The notes: generated by a model not told the origin, from the letters alone. Positions 50,686-61,355 are shown, counted from the first letter of the stretch. The stretch is DNA of 64,000 nt from Antedon mediterranea (GCF_964355755.1 NC_092678.1:512422-576421), one strand, 5' to 3'. A program made the numbers and translations.

Positions 50686-51206
50686 AGTTTGTAGAAACCG
50701 TTTTGTGTGCAATACACGTTCACTTAGTCTTTCTTGTTCTTTGTGAAGAATTACGCTTTAAAAGATCCTTAAGCAGTCACAGCAATTTCAAAATGTACGT
50801 TTATATGACTATAACTACATCACGTATGCTATCACATAACTCATCAAGTATATTTACACCAGAGATGCCACGCAATATTACGATAGTCATCGATATTGTT
50901 TTGCTCTTTAAAATACTGAACGAAATTAAATCCTGTTCGTCAATTTGACATGTGTGTTTTAAAACGCGAATGTGTTTTTTTTTGCAAGTCGACGATTATG
51001 AACATCACAGATAGAAGAACGCGATGTTTATAGCGCCCTCTTGAAATATTAAAAGTTTTTGAATTAACTAACTTATCGTTACAGCTGACTGGGTTTATGT
51101 TTCTCCATGATAGAACATGGTACCTCTAGTTGCTATATATAGCGTCCGTTCGGTTATTTCGTTTATGTTCAAACTAAATAAATTAAAAAAATTTTTTTCA
51201 TCTAGT

Positions 51207-52028
51207 TTAAGACAACAAAAACTGAATAAATTCTTTGTTTCTAAAGGAATAAACAATTGGGTTCATACCGGCGTTGGAATATGACCAAATAAGGAATATC
51301 TCTTGCGCGTCAGTTAATGCTTCTTCACTTTGCATATTGTCAGTAACATTGATATACAATGACGTTATCAAAAGCGGTAAGGATGATATTGCAAACGCAC
51401 CAAACATTATTAATGTTGTCTTTGTTGCTTTGTAGTCTTTTAAGCGTTTGGATTTTATCACGTGACTCTCAACGAATGCAATTTTCAGTTGTTGATTTCT
51501 CGCTTTTAAGTATATAATTAAATTGAAAAGAATGTGTAGCACCACAAGAGCAATTTGTAATGTTGATGAAATCATCATATACTGTGAGCGGCCGATGACA
51601 GGCGACAGGTAAATGTCCATTACTACAATAGCTAACGCTAAGATGACCGTCCACGCAAGACCAACGTCCACGACGCGACTGGACATAAGTCGGTGGTGTT
51701 TAAATGGGTGCACGACAGCTACATAACGCTCTGTCGTCAACAAGCCTAACTGAAATTGTGATGTTAACATCAAACACACTAATATTTTTCTTAAAATGTT
51801 TTCGAAATCGACTATATCACACGTCACAGACCATAAGCAGCCAAACACACCTGAACTTAAGTCAGTTGTGGCTAGGCTTAACTGAATTCGTTTGGTCATT
51901 TTGGTGTACAACTTCTTCTTAACAGAAACGATAACGACACATGCATTTCCGATGATTACCCAAAATGAGATGACGACCCAGATTGTCGTACTCGGAACAG
52001 AAGGACACCCTGTGCTAGTTTCATTCAT
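51207..52028 (-). CDS. Class A orphan GPCR, cluster gene 8, 273 aa
   Basis: First ATG (MNETSTGC) at 52028; ERY, SSLP, NAGMNPIVYSFRNKEF. Confidence 0.9.
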   Translation of the reverse strand: MNETSTGCPSVPSTTIWVVISFWVIIGNACVVIVSVKKKLYTKMTKRIQLSLATTDLSSGVFGCLWSVTCDIVDFENILRKILVCLMLTSQFQLGLLTTERYVAVVHPFKHHRLMSSRVVDVGLAWTVILALAIVVMDIYLSPVIGRSQYMMISSTLQIALVVLHILFNLIIYLKARNQQLKIAFVESHVIKSKRLKDYKATKTTLIMFGAFAISSLPLLITSLYINVTDNMQSEEALTDAQEIFLIWSYSNAGMNPIVYSFRNKEFIQFLLS

Positions 52029-52041
52029 TATCTTTTCGTCG

Positions 52042-52430
52042 TTAAATAACAATCGGAGATAGACCAATGTAAACGGAACTTAACTGTGTTGGTATCCCAG
52101 TTTAATTCATGAACTTCTCGTCCATTAAATAACAATCGGAGATAGACCAATGTAAACGGAACTTAACTGTGTTGGTATCCCAGTTTAATTCATGAACTTC
52201 TCGTCCATTAAATAACAATCGGAGATAGACCAATGTAAACGGAACTTAACTGTGTTGGTATCCCAGTTTAAATTCATGAACTTCTCATCCATTAAATAAC
52301 AATCGGAGAAAGACCAATTTGAACGCAACTTAACTGTGTTGGTATCCCAGTTTCATTCATCCTCTTCTCGTCCGTTAAATGACAATCAGAAATACACCAT
52401 CGTGAACGAAACTTTCAAAACTAAGTTTTG
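52042..52430. repeat. 83-bp tandem repeat (about 4.5 copies) directly 5' of GPCR gene 8
   Basis: Units start at 52042, 52125, 52208, 52292 and 52375. Confidence 0.92.
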
Positions 52431-53180
52431 GTGGTCATGTAAGTAAATACTTTATTATGTGATTCCTATTGTCTATACATAGACCATACGACAGTTGTAC
52501 AAAAATGCCAATATTAGCGTTTTCGGCAGTAGGCCTACACAGATGCATTTAGCAATAATTACAGAAAAAAATAATTAGTTGTAGGCCTATTACAAAATCG
52601 AATTAGATTATCTCATCAAACAAGCGAACAAAAAAAGTCCATGTTACAAGAAAAAAAAATCTAGTCACTGAAGCAAACATATGATTGACATATAATATAA
52701 TATGAATTGACTTGTTAATAATGGATGAACCCAAATCTGATTGGTCTTTTTCCGTCCATCACACACTTAAGATAACAACCGGTCAAGTTTCCAATCAAAT
52801 TCAAATTAAATCACAATTATAATTGCCATCTATACATTGTGGCATATCGCCTCAACAACCATGGAGTTATTATACCTACATACTCTAACCAACAACTAAC
52901 TACCTGACAAAGAACACTACCATTGGGATACCTCTATACAGGGGACATCATATTCATGGACCAAGCCCATCCCCTCCCCCCTCCCCCGCCCCAATTAGGA
53001 GGAACGGACATCAATGCGGATGTTTTAACATTACAGACAACCTCTGAAGGATGGACCACTCTTACTCAGCGGTGGTCAGTTTCTTTGGTCAGTTTCTTTG
53101 GTCTTGAACTTTATGTGCTATACTATACTACTGTAGAACACTAAACAACACAGCATTTGTCCAAAACACATCTTTACTAA

Positions 53181-53319
53181 AGCTCTGTCTACATTATCAA
53201 ACTAGTGTGATGTGCCCAAATATGGTAGTGACTTGCCCAAATATGGTATTGAATTGACATCATCATGTCCATATATGGGCACATCACATTTTGTTATCAC
53301 ATAAAGTTTAGATAAGGCT
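53181..53319. mobile_element. Harbinger-like MITE family A copy
   Basis: agctctgtctaca terminus and the family A body. Confidence 0.75.
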
Positions 53320-53353
53320 TAAAGATGTAGAAAATCAATGGAGGAGACATTTT

Positions 53354-54229
53354 CTACCATTTTCTTGTCAAACTACGCAAATATTGAATAAATTCTTGAT
53401 TTCTAAACGAATAAACAATAGGGTTCATTCCACAATTTGAATACATAATAGTGAAGAGGATCATAAATACGTTACCAGCCATAATATTGTTAACACCATA
53501 AAGGACACCCAATACACCTTGATACAGTGAATACAGCATCAAGGGATATGTGCATACAGCATGCGCACACGATATAATTAGAATTGATTTAGTTGCTTTG
53601 AAGTCTCTTACGCGCTTGCACTTTCTCACTTGATTTTCAATGGCATCAATTTTCATCTTTTGATTTCTGGCATTTACATAAATAATGTAATTTAAAACAC
53701 AAAGCAGCAGAAAAGCTAAAACTTGTATAGAATTCATTACAAACATTGCGGTTGAAAACCCAACAAAATATACAAATATAAAAACAAACATCACGAAAGC
53801 TAGAGACAAAAAAACGGAACAGACAAGTCCGATATTGATGGCGCGAGATGTGATCAGTGCCTGATATCGAAAGGGGTACACAACAACTATATATCGTTCG
53901 ATCGTTAATAAAATTAATTGCAGTTGGGATATACTAACCATGATGTAAATTAAATTTAGCATTAATAATACTAAAATTGAATTTCTACCAAATATAAGTA
54001 CAAAGATACCACGCAACAGACCAGTCACTCCTGAACTTAAATCAACGATGCTTAAACTTAGTTGAACGCGTTTCGATAAGTCCGTGTACATTCTCTTCTT
54101 GACATAAACAAAGACAACCAACATATTCCCAAGTATTATCCACCAAGATAAAGCTATCCATATACATAGCTCTACGTAGTTATAGTTATGATCGTAATCA
54201 GTTATGTTTTTAACATCTGTCTTGTTCAT
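53354..54229 (-). CDS. Class A orphan GPCR, cluster gene 9, 291 aa
   Basis: First ATG (MNKTDVKNIT) at 54229; ERY, CTYP, NCGMNPIVYSFRNQEF. Confidence 0.92.
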   Translation of the reverse strand: MNKTDVKNITDYDHNYNYVELCIWIALSWWIILGNMLVVFVYVKKRMYTDLSKRVQLSLSIVDLSSGVTGLLRGIFVLIFGRNSILVLLMLNLIYIMVSISQLQLILLTIERYIVVVYPFRYQALITSRAINIGLVCSVFLSLAFVMFVFIFVYFVGFSTAMFVMNSIQVLAFLLLCVLNYIIYVNARNQKMKIDAIENQVRKCKRVRDFKATKSILIISCAHAVCTYPLMLYSLYQGVLGVLYGVNNIMAGNVFMILFTIMYSNCGMNPIVYSFRNQEFIQYLRSLTRKW

Positions 54230-54237
54230 AGTGATAT

Positions 54238-55083
54238 GATAAGTCTGATACCAACTGTACAAAGGTAAATGATTAAGTGTGACTTAAGTCCAAAGTCCCT
54301 TGATAAGTCTGACACACTGTTAAGTGTGACTTAAGTCCAAGGTCCCTTGATAAGTCTGACACACTGTACAGAGGTAAATGATTAAGTGTGACTTAAGTCC
54401 AAAGTCCCTTGATAAGTCTGACACACTGTACAAAGGTAAATGATTAAGTGTGACTTAAGTCCAAAGTTCCTTGAAAAGTCTGACACCAACTGTACAAAGG
54501 TAAATAATTAAGTGTGACTTAAGTTCAAAGTTCCTTGATAAGTCTGACACACTGTACAAAGGTAAATGATTAAGTGTGACTTAAGTTCAAAGTCCCTTGA
54601 TAAGTCTGACACCAACTGTACAAAGGTAAATGATTAAGTGTGACTTAAGTCCTAAGTTCCTTGATAAGTCTGACACACTGTACAAAGGTAAATGATTAAG
54701 TGTGACTTAAGTTCAAAGTTCCTTGATAAGTCTGACACACTGTACAAAGGTAAATGATTAAGTGTGACTTAAGTCCAAAGTTCCTTGATAAGTCTGACAC
54801 ACTGTACAAAGGTAAATGATTAAGTGTGACTTAAGTCCAAAGTCCCTTGATAAGTCTGACACACTGTTAAGTGTGACTTAAGTTCAAAGTCCTTTGATAA
54901 GTCTGACACACTGTACAAAGGTAAATGATTAAGTGTGACTTAAGTCCAAAGTTCCTTGATAAGTCTGACACACTGTACAAAGGTAAATGATTAAGTGTGA
55001 CTTAAGTTCAAATTTCCTTGATAAGTCTGACACCAACTGTACAAAGGTAAATGATTAAGTGTGACTTAAGATCATAAGTCCCT
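54238..55083. repeat. About 62-bp tandem repeat (about 14 copies, two shortened) directly 5' of GPCR gene 9
   Basis: Unit gataagtctgacacactgtacaaaggtaaatgattaagtgtgacttaagtccaaagtccctt. Confidence 0.95.
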
Positions 55084-55819
55084 TTTATAAATCACTTATC
55101 ACTAGAGCATATTGATTTCACATCACCAACATTTCTACTTCCTCTTCGTTTCTTGTGAGCGCTGTCCAAGATAATAATGTTAAAATGTTCTAAATATAAC
55201 ATTACCACATTACAATGGAATTCTGATTTGATACTGTTAGCTAATGTTAGCTATATTTATAAATTAAAGTTACTTGATGGAGTGTTGATAGCTGTTAGTC
55301 TAGACTGGTAACAGTTATTCAGTTCTTATATTGTTGTTGTCGATTCAGAGAGAATGTTGTTGCTTTGTTGCCAGTCAATAACATTCATTAAGATTGTCTG
55401 TTAATTAGTACGACCCTTCCGTACATGATCTTGGTGTATGCCCGCTAAGAATTTCCAGATACATCAGTTTTCTTTGTCATCATCCTCGTGCAGTTAGTTG
55501 ACAAATTTAAATGAATTCTGTCATTTTTGAAGTGGAAAACAATACAAGACCTATCAGTTAAAATCGATCACTTCATCCATTATTAAAGTTTATTAAAGAA
55601 TCTTTAAATCTAATACAGTTATTTGATGAGCTGTCAATCAAATGTTAACGAACTTGAAGTGAAATGACACAATGGTTTTATATAATATAAATCAAATTGA
55701 CAGACACTAACATGTTAGTGTCACTTAATACAATGAAATACATCAAAACATTTAACAAGATACAAATTAATACCATAAATAATCAAACAGAATCTGTTTC
55801 CTCCAAAAAAGAAACAAAC

Positions 55820-57275
55820 TCAAGCACACATCCTCCTTGTTCTCTCCTGAATGTAATCCTATCTCAAGCACACCTCCTCCTTGTTCTCTCCTGAATGTAA
55901 TACTATCTCAAGCACACATCCTCCTTGTTCTCTCCTGAATGTAATCCTATCTCAAGCACACCTCCTCCTTGTTCTCTCCTGAATGTAATCCTATCTCAAG
56001 CACACATCCTCCTTGTTCTCTCCTGAATGTAATCCTATCTCAAGCACACCTCCTTCTTGTTCTCTCCTGAATGTAATCCTATCTCAAGCACACATCCTCC
56101 TTGTTCTCTCCTGAATGTAATCCTATCTCAAGCACACATCCTCCTTGTTCTCTCCTGAATGTAATCCTATCTCAAGCACACATCCTCCTTGTTCTCTCCT
56201 GAATGTAATCCTATCTCAAGCACACATCCTCCTTGTTCTCTCCTGAATGTAATCCTATCTCAAGCACACCTCCTTCTTGTTCTCTCCTGAATGTAATCCT
56301 ATCTCAAGCACACATCCTCCTTGTTCTCTCCTGAATGTAATCCTATCTCAAGCACACCTCCTCCTTGTTCTCTCCTGAATGTAATCCTATCTCAAGCACA
56401 CATCCTCCTTGTTCTCTCCTGAATGTAATCCTATCTCAAGCACACATCCTCCTTGTTCTCTCCTGAATGTAATCCTATCTCAAGCACACATCCTCCTTGT
56501 TCTCTCCTGAATGTAATCCTATCTCAAGCACACCTCCTCCTTGTTCTCTCCTGAATGTAATCCTATCTCAAGCACACCTCCTCCTTGTTCTCTCCTGAAT
56601 GTAATCCTATCTCAAGCACACCTCCTCCTTGTTCTCTCCTGAATGTAATCCTATCTCAAGCACACATCCTCCTTGTTCTCTCCTGAATGTAATCCTATCT
56701 CAAGCACACATCCTCCTTGTTCTCTCCTGAATGTAATCCTATCTCAAGCACACATCCTCCTTGTTCTCTCCTGAATGTAATCCTATCTCAAGCACACATC
56801 CTCCTTGTTCTCTCCTGAATGTAATCCTATCTCAAGCACACATCCTCCTTGTTCTCTCCTGAATGTAATCCTATCTCAAGCACACATCCTCCTTGTTCTC
56901 TCCTGAATGTAATCCTATCTCAAGCACACCTCCTTCTTGTTCTCTCCTGAATGTAATCCTATCTCAAGCACACATCCTCCTTGTTCTCTCCTGAATGTAA
57001 TCCTATCTCAAGCACACATCCTCCTTGTTCTCTCCTGAATGTAATCCTATCTCAAGCACACATCCTCCTTGTTCTCTCCTGAATGTAATCCTATCTCAAG
57101 CACACATCCTCCTTGTTCTCTCCTGAATGTAATCCTATCTCAAGCACACCTCCTTCTTGTTCTCTCCTGAATGTAATCCTATCTCAAGCACACATCCTCC
57201 TTGTTCTCTCCTGAATGTAATCCTATCTCAAGCACACCTCCTTCTTGTTCTCTCCTGAATGTAATCCTATCTCAA
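55820..57275. repeat. 44-bp minisatellite, about 33 copies
   Basis: Unit caagcacacatcctccttgttctctcctgaatgtaatcctatct. Confidence 0.95.
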
Positions 57276-57375
57276 TGACTAACTTTATCGTTTTGTGCAT
57301 TTATTTATACTACATGGTGACTTCATTTTCACATTGTGATTGCGTTGTCGCTGACCGTCTTTGAGTAACTGTTGA

Positions 57376-58413
57376 CTACATAGACCTAAAGATGGATCGC
57401 AAACCAGTCTTAAAAGACTTACTTCTAAAAGAGTAGATTAGCGGATTCATTCCGCAATTGAGTTGCAAGAAGAAAACAGAAATCATAACGTTTGAAATTG
57501 AAAATGAATATTGACAATAAAAAATGGCGTTCTTGATTGAAATCACGAAATAGGGAATGGTACAGATCAAGAAAGCGGCGAGAATGATGAGTGTGGTTTT
57601 GGTTGCTTTTAAATCGGCTTTCTTTTGTACGCAGCCAACCTTTCTTTGCTGTTGTGTGCCTTCCTCCTTGTGCAGACGCACATCTATCACGTGTACACGC
57701 ACGTCTGCTGCGTGTATACGTATTTCTTGCTTTCTCGCTTCCTTGTGAACTCTAAAATGCAGACCGCAGATAAGGATGATGGGAAAAAATTCTCCAATAC
57801 TGTGCGACACAATGTACACCATTTTGTCTCTACTGTAAAAAGTTTGTTGGAGTATGAGACCGATTACGACACCAGTCATCCAACAGAGTACGATAGCGAT
57901 GTTTGTTGATTTGGACGTTACAATGTTAATATGTCGGAATGGATAGAATATAGCAATGTATCGCTCCACAGCAATAGCAAATAGATGACACTGAGAAATA
58001 TAGAACGGCCACCATAAATATATCACAAATATCTCTTGCAGATCATCGTGAATTGCACAGATGATTCCTAAAACACCGGACATGAAATCGACGACACTTA
58101 GACTTAACTGGATGCGTTGCGTCATCTGCTCGTACATCCTGGTCTTTACCGACACGTAGATAACTAAAGTGTTACCAAGAAGGATCAACAGACAGACAGA
58201 CACCCAAGCGATATGGTAGTATACATCGCCACGAATCAACTCCATGCTGCTCTTGTAATTATACCCAGAATAGTAATCTTGCCAGCCACTGCCACCATCA
58301 CTTGTGTTATTTGCATATGTTTCATTGGGAAAACTTGCATTTGCAGTAATCCAGTTTTCAGTAGTAATGTACGGAGGTCTTGTATAAGATGGTCTAATAT
58401 AGGATGGCCTCAT
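57376..58413 (-). CDS. Class A orphan GPCR, cluster gene 10, 345 aa (longer N-terminus and ICL3)
   Basis: aaaATG (MRPSYI) at 58413; N-glycosylation sequons; ERY, CTIP, NCGMNPLIYSFRS. Confidence 0.92.
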   Translation of the reverse strand: MRPSYIRPSYTRPPYITTENWITANASFPNETYANNTSDGGSGWQDYYSGYNYKSSMELIRGDVYYHIAWVSVCLLILLGNTLVIYVSVKTRMYEQMTQRIQLSLSVVDFMSGVLGIICAIHDDLQEIFVIYLWWPFYISQCHLFAIAVERYIAIFYPFRHINIVTSKSTNIAIVLCWMTGVVIGLILQQTFYSRDKMVYIVSHSIGEFFPIILICGLHFRVHKEARKQEIRIHAADVRVHVIDVRLHKEEGTQQQRKVGCVQKKADLKATKTTLIILAAFLICTIPYFVISIKNAIFYCQYSFSISNVMISVFFLQLNCGMNPLIYSFRSKSFKTGLRSIFRSM

Positions 58414-59372
58414 TTTGATAGCTTTCGGCAGATAAACGTGAAAACTCAATAAATTTTTGAATGAATTAATATACTGTAGACTACACAAACAAATGAAGAT
58501 GGATTTTCAAGTAATATGATAGCTTGCATGCTTGCAACTGTATATATGCTTTCTTTTCCCTATTAAAATATTCTGAGAACATAATTGGCCTTTTGGTAAA
58601 TGTAAGTTTGTTGAATAATCTATTGAAAAATCATCAAAAATTTGAAGTAATTATTTTGTTGCTAATAAAAATTTAACTGATGAAAACACCTGAAGAAGGT
58701 TAAATGATTTACGACTGACGTAATAAATTGCAAAATGTATTGTTGATTGAGGGATGTTTGCAATTTTGAAAGAGCAACATTCAACCGCAGAAGATGAAGT
58801 GCCTGAAGAGGTAGTTAGTTGGACAGACATGATGAAGGCCGACGATGATTACCATTAATAGCAACACAAAATTCATTAAAATACACGAGGATAGGAAATA
58901 AACAATTAATTATAAATCGCATTTGGTAATTATTGTTACAAATTGTTAGATTAAAATATTTTTTTTTATTGCAAAATAATCTAAATTTATAATCTTAACC
59001 TTTTCTAAGGTTTTTTTTAGTTAAAAATCTCAGTGACCTTGAGTAGCAATCACTGCATGTTTGACCTATAATGTCATTTTCTAGACACCTTTTGATAAAT
59101 GTACATAGTTTTTTATTTAAAAAGGTGCCATTAAAACTTGGCAATCACAGATTAGCTAAAACTGCAATAATCTTCATTTGAATGGGACAGGTGGACCACT
59201 TGATATTAGCATTAATATATATCAATATCAAAGATAAAAACACAAGCCTTCTCCGTCCTGATTTGGATTCATAAAACAAATGCATTGATAGTGCAGTGTG
59301 CAAAAATGTGCTGTGTGCAAAACATCTACAGTGTCCAAAACATGTGCAGTGTGCAAAACATGTGTATTTACT

Positions 59373-59524
59373 TCACGTTATTTGATCAAACATCATCCTG
59401 GCTGGTTTAGTCCTAGCTAACATATCAGGTTTAATGCTGTTCTTGTCAAACAATTGGAGGGCGCCATTTTCAAGCAGATAGCGAATACTCTGTACGTCTT
59501 GTGAGCCGGCTGCCATGTGTAAGG
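59373..59524 (-). CDS. ANKRD16: ANKRD16 exon 7 (stop)
   Basis: tag|(A)LHMAAGSQDVQSIRYLLENGA...DQIT*; 152 nt. Confidence 0.88.
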
Positions 59525-59875
59525 CTATAAATAAAAGATAAAAAAGGAAAATAAGAGGTTATACAAAAATGTTAAGAGAAGGGTGATTGCTATTTACTTT
59601 TAAAACGTGTAAGAGTTTTCCAATATAATTTTTTATTTATTCTCAGCACTTTAAATTCAGTTCAATTGCTCATAGCATGTATGTGGTAACAGTCAATCTT
59701 CTGTTTTAAACATAGCAACATTTCCACTATTTTTTGTAATGATGTTCTGTCATGGGCAGGATGGGTTTTATGCTTGTCTGTATAATTTTTTTGGGCTGTT
59801 TTGAGCTTTATTTTAATTGTGTACATAAAAGGAAAGAACAAATAAATATTATTTTGATGAATTCCAAATGATTAC

Positions 59876-59954
59876 CTGTTCTACAGTTTGTGTCTTGTAC
59901 GTTGACATTTGCTCCTTCTTGAATCAGATACGTCATGGCGTCTGCTTTCCCTTC
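59876..59954 (-). CDS. ANKRD16: ANKRD16 exon 6
   Basis: tag|EGKADAMTYLIQEGANVNVQDTNCRT|gt; 79 nt. Confidence 0.88.
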
Positions 59955-60049
59955 CTAAAAAAACATAATCCAAATATTACTTTAAAATATATTACAGGTG
60001 GGCTTGCATTTGTGAATCTTTTTTACTGTGTGGTTTGTTTTTTCTATAA

Positions 60050-60171
60050 AGCTCAGTCTACACTATCAAACTAGTTTGTACCCATATATAGTAGTGATAT
60101 GACATCATCATGTCCATATATGGCACATTACATTTTTTTGTTACATAAAGTTTGATAGTGTAGACAGAGCT
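60050..60171. mobile_element. Harbinger-like MITE family A copy
   Basis: Family A TIRs. Confidence 0.8.
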
Positions 60172-60312
60172 TCAGACTTATTTACCATCACTGTTTGTAT
60201 CTACAGTAGTCTCAAAAGGGCACCACCTTCTTCCCTACCTAGGCTTCCGCGTTTGAATTGAGTATATGATTTATAATATAAAGAAACATAAAATAAATTA
60301 TAAACTGTCTAC

Positions 60313-60477
60313 CTTTGCTGCAAAGTGTAGAGGTGTGAGTGCATTTGGTTGACTTGGAATGTTCACATCAATTCCTTGCTTAGTCACTAAATACTGAATG
60401 ACATTGACACTCCCTGCTAGGCTTGCTAAATGAATTGCTTGTCGGCCTAAGATATCACACTTTCTAGCATCTGCCTG
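60313..60477 (-). CDS. ANKRD16: ANKRD16 exon 5 (tandem CAGCAG acceptor)
   Basis: QADARKCDILGRQAIHLASLAG...LTPLHFAAK|gt; 165 nt, or 162 nt with the distal AG. Confidence 0.9.
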
Positions 60478-60589
60478 CTGTAAAAAGTAACAAATAGTAT
60501 TTAGATTAAATGAATAATAAATGTTAGAAAATGTACAGTGAACAATTAACAACATTTCATTTTAAAACACTAAAAAAAATAATAATTAC

Positions 60590-60732
60590 ATGAATATTAA
60601 TTAGGTCGTCAACTATTTCAGGAAAGCCCGCCCTCGCAGCATCCATCAATGGTGTCGACCCGCAGCTGTCTTGGACGTCTACAGAACAATGATTTAGCAG
60701 AATTTGACAGGCATCATGTCTACCATGTAGAG
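60590..60732 (-). CDS. ANKRD16: ANKRD16 exon 4
   Basis: (A)LHGRHDACQILL...DSCGSTPLMDAARAG...INIH|gt; 143 nt. Confidence 0.9.
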
Positions 60733-61088
60733 CTAGTATACAAAATACATACAACATGAATTAGTATCATACCTTTGATATCAGAATGCAAATTGATATC
60801 ATATCTTATTAATATCATACTTTATTAATATCAGAAAGTAAATGATATACTGTACCTAATTGAAAACAGAACTTACTGATATCAGAAACATATTGATATC
60901 AGAAAGTAAATTGATATTATACCTTATTGATATCAGTAATGATATCAGAAAGTAAATTGATATCATACTTTATTAATATCAGAAAATTATTGATATCAGA
61001 ACATTATTGATATCATAATCTATACAGTATATAATTAACATCATTAATTTAAATTAGTTAATAATGTTGAGATGTATTTGATGTGTAC

Positions 61089-61186
61089 CTGCTGTGTGTA
61101 AAGGTGTCCTACCATTGTTACTCACTGTTTGATACAATGAATTATCACACTCAAGTAAGTAACTTAAAATATCAGCATCACCTTCC
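61089..61186 (-). CDS. ANKRD16: ANKRD16 exon 3
   Basis: (R)EGDADILSYLL...GRTPLHTA; 98 nt. Confidence 0.92.
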
Positions 61187-61355
61187 CTGTAAAATAAACA
61201 TATTAAACAATAATTATTATCTTTAAAAAAACAAATAAATGTAATAATATAAAACGTGTGGAACACAAAATTTAAGAAAAATTATGAAGCCCAGCTGATA
61301 AATGTGACCAACCCATGTGTGACTGCATACTTAAACTAGGTACTGCACAGTATAA

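Noticed and set aside
54238-57275. CRISPR-like arrays
   Set aside because: Units are head-to-tail with no unique spacers, the context is eukaryotic and there are no cas genes.
39044-58413. Assigning named receptor symbols (adenosine, TAAR, melanocortin, OR) to cluster genes
   Set aside because: Diagnostic ligand-binding residues (e.g. the aminergic Asp3.32) are absent and orthology cannot be established without a phylogeny.
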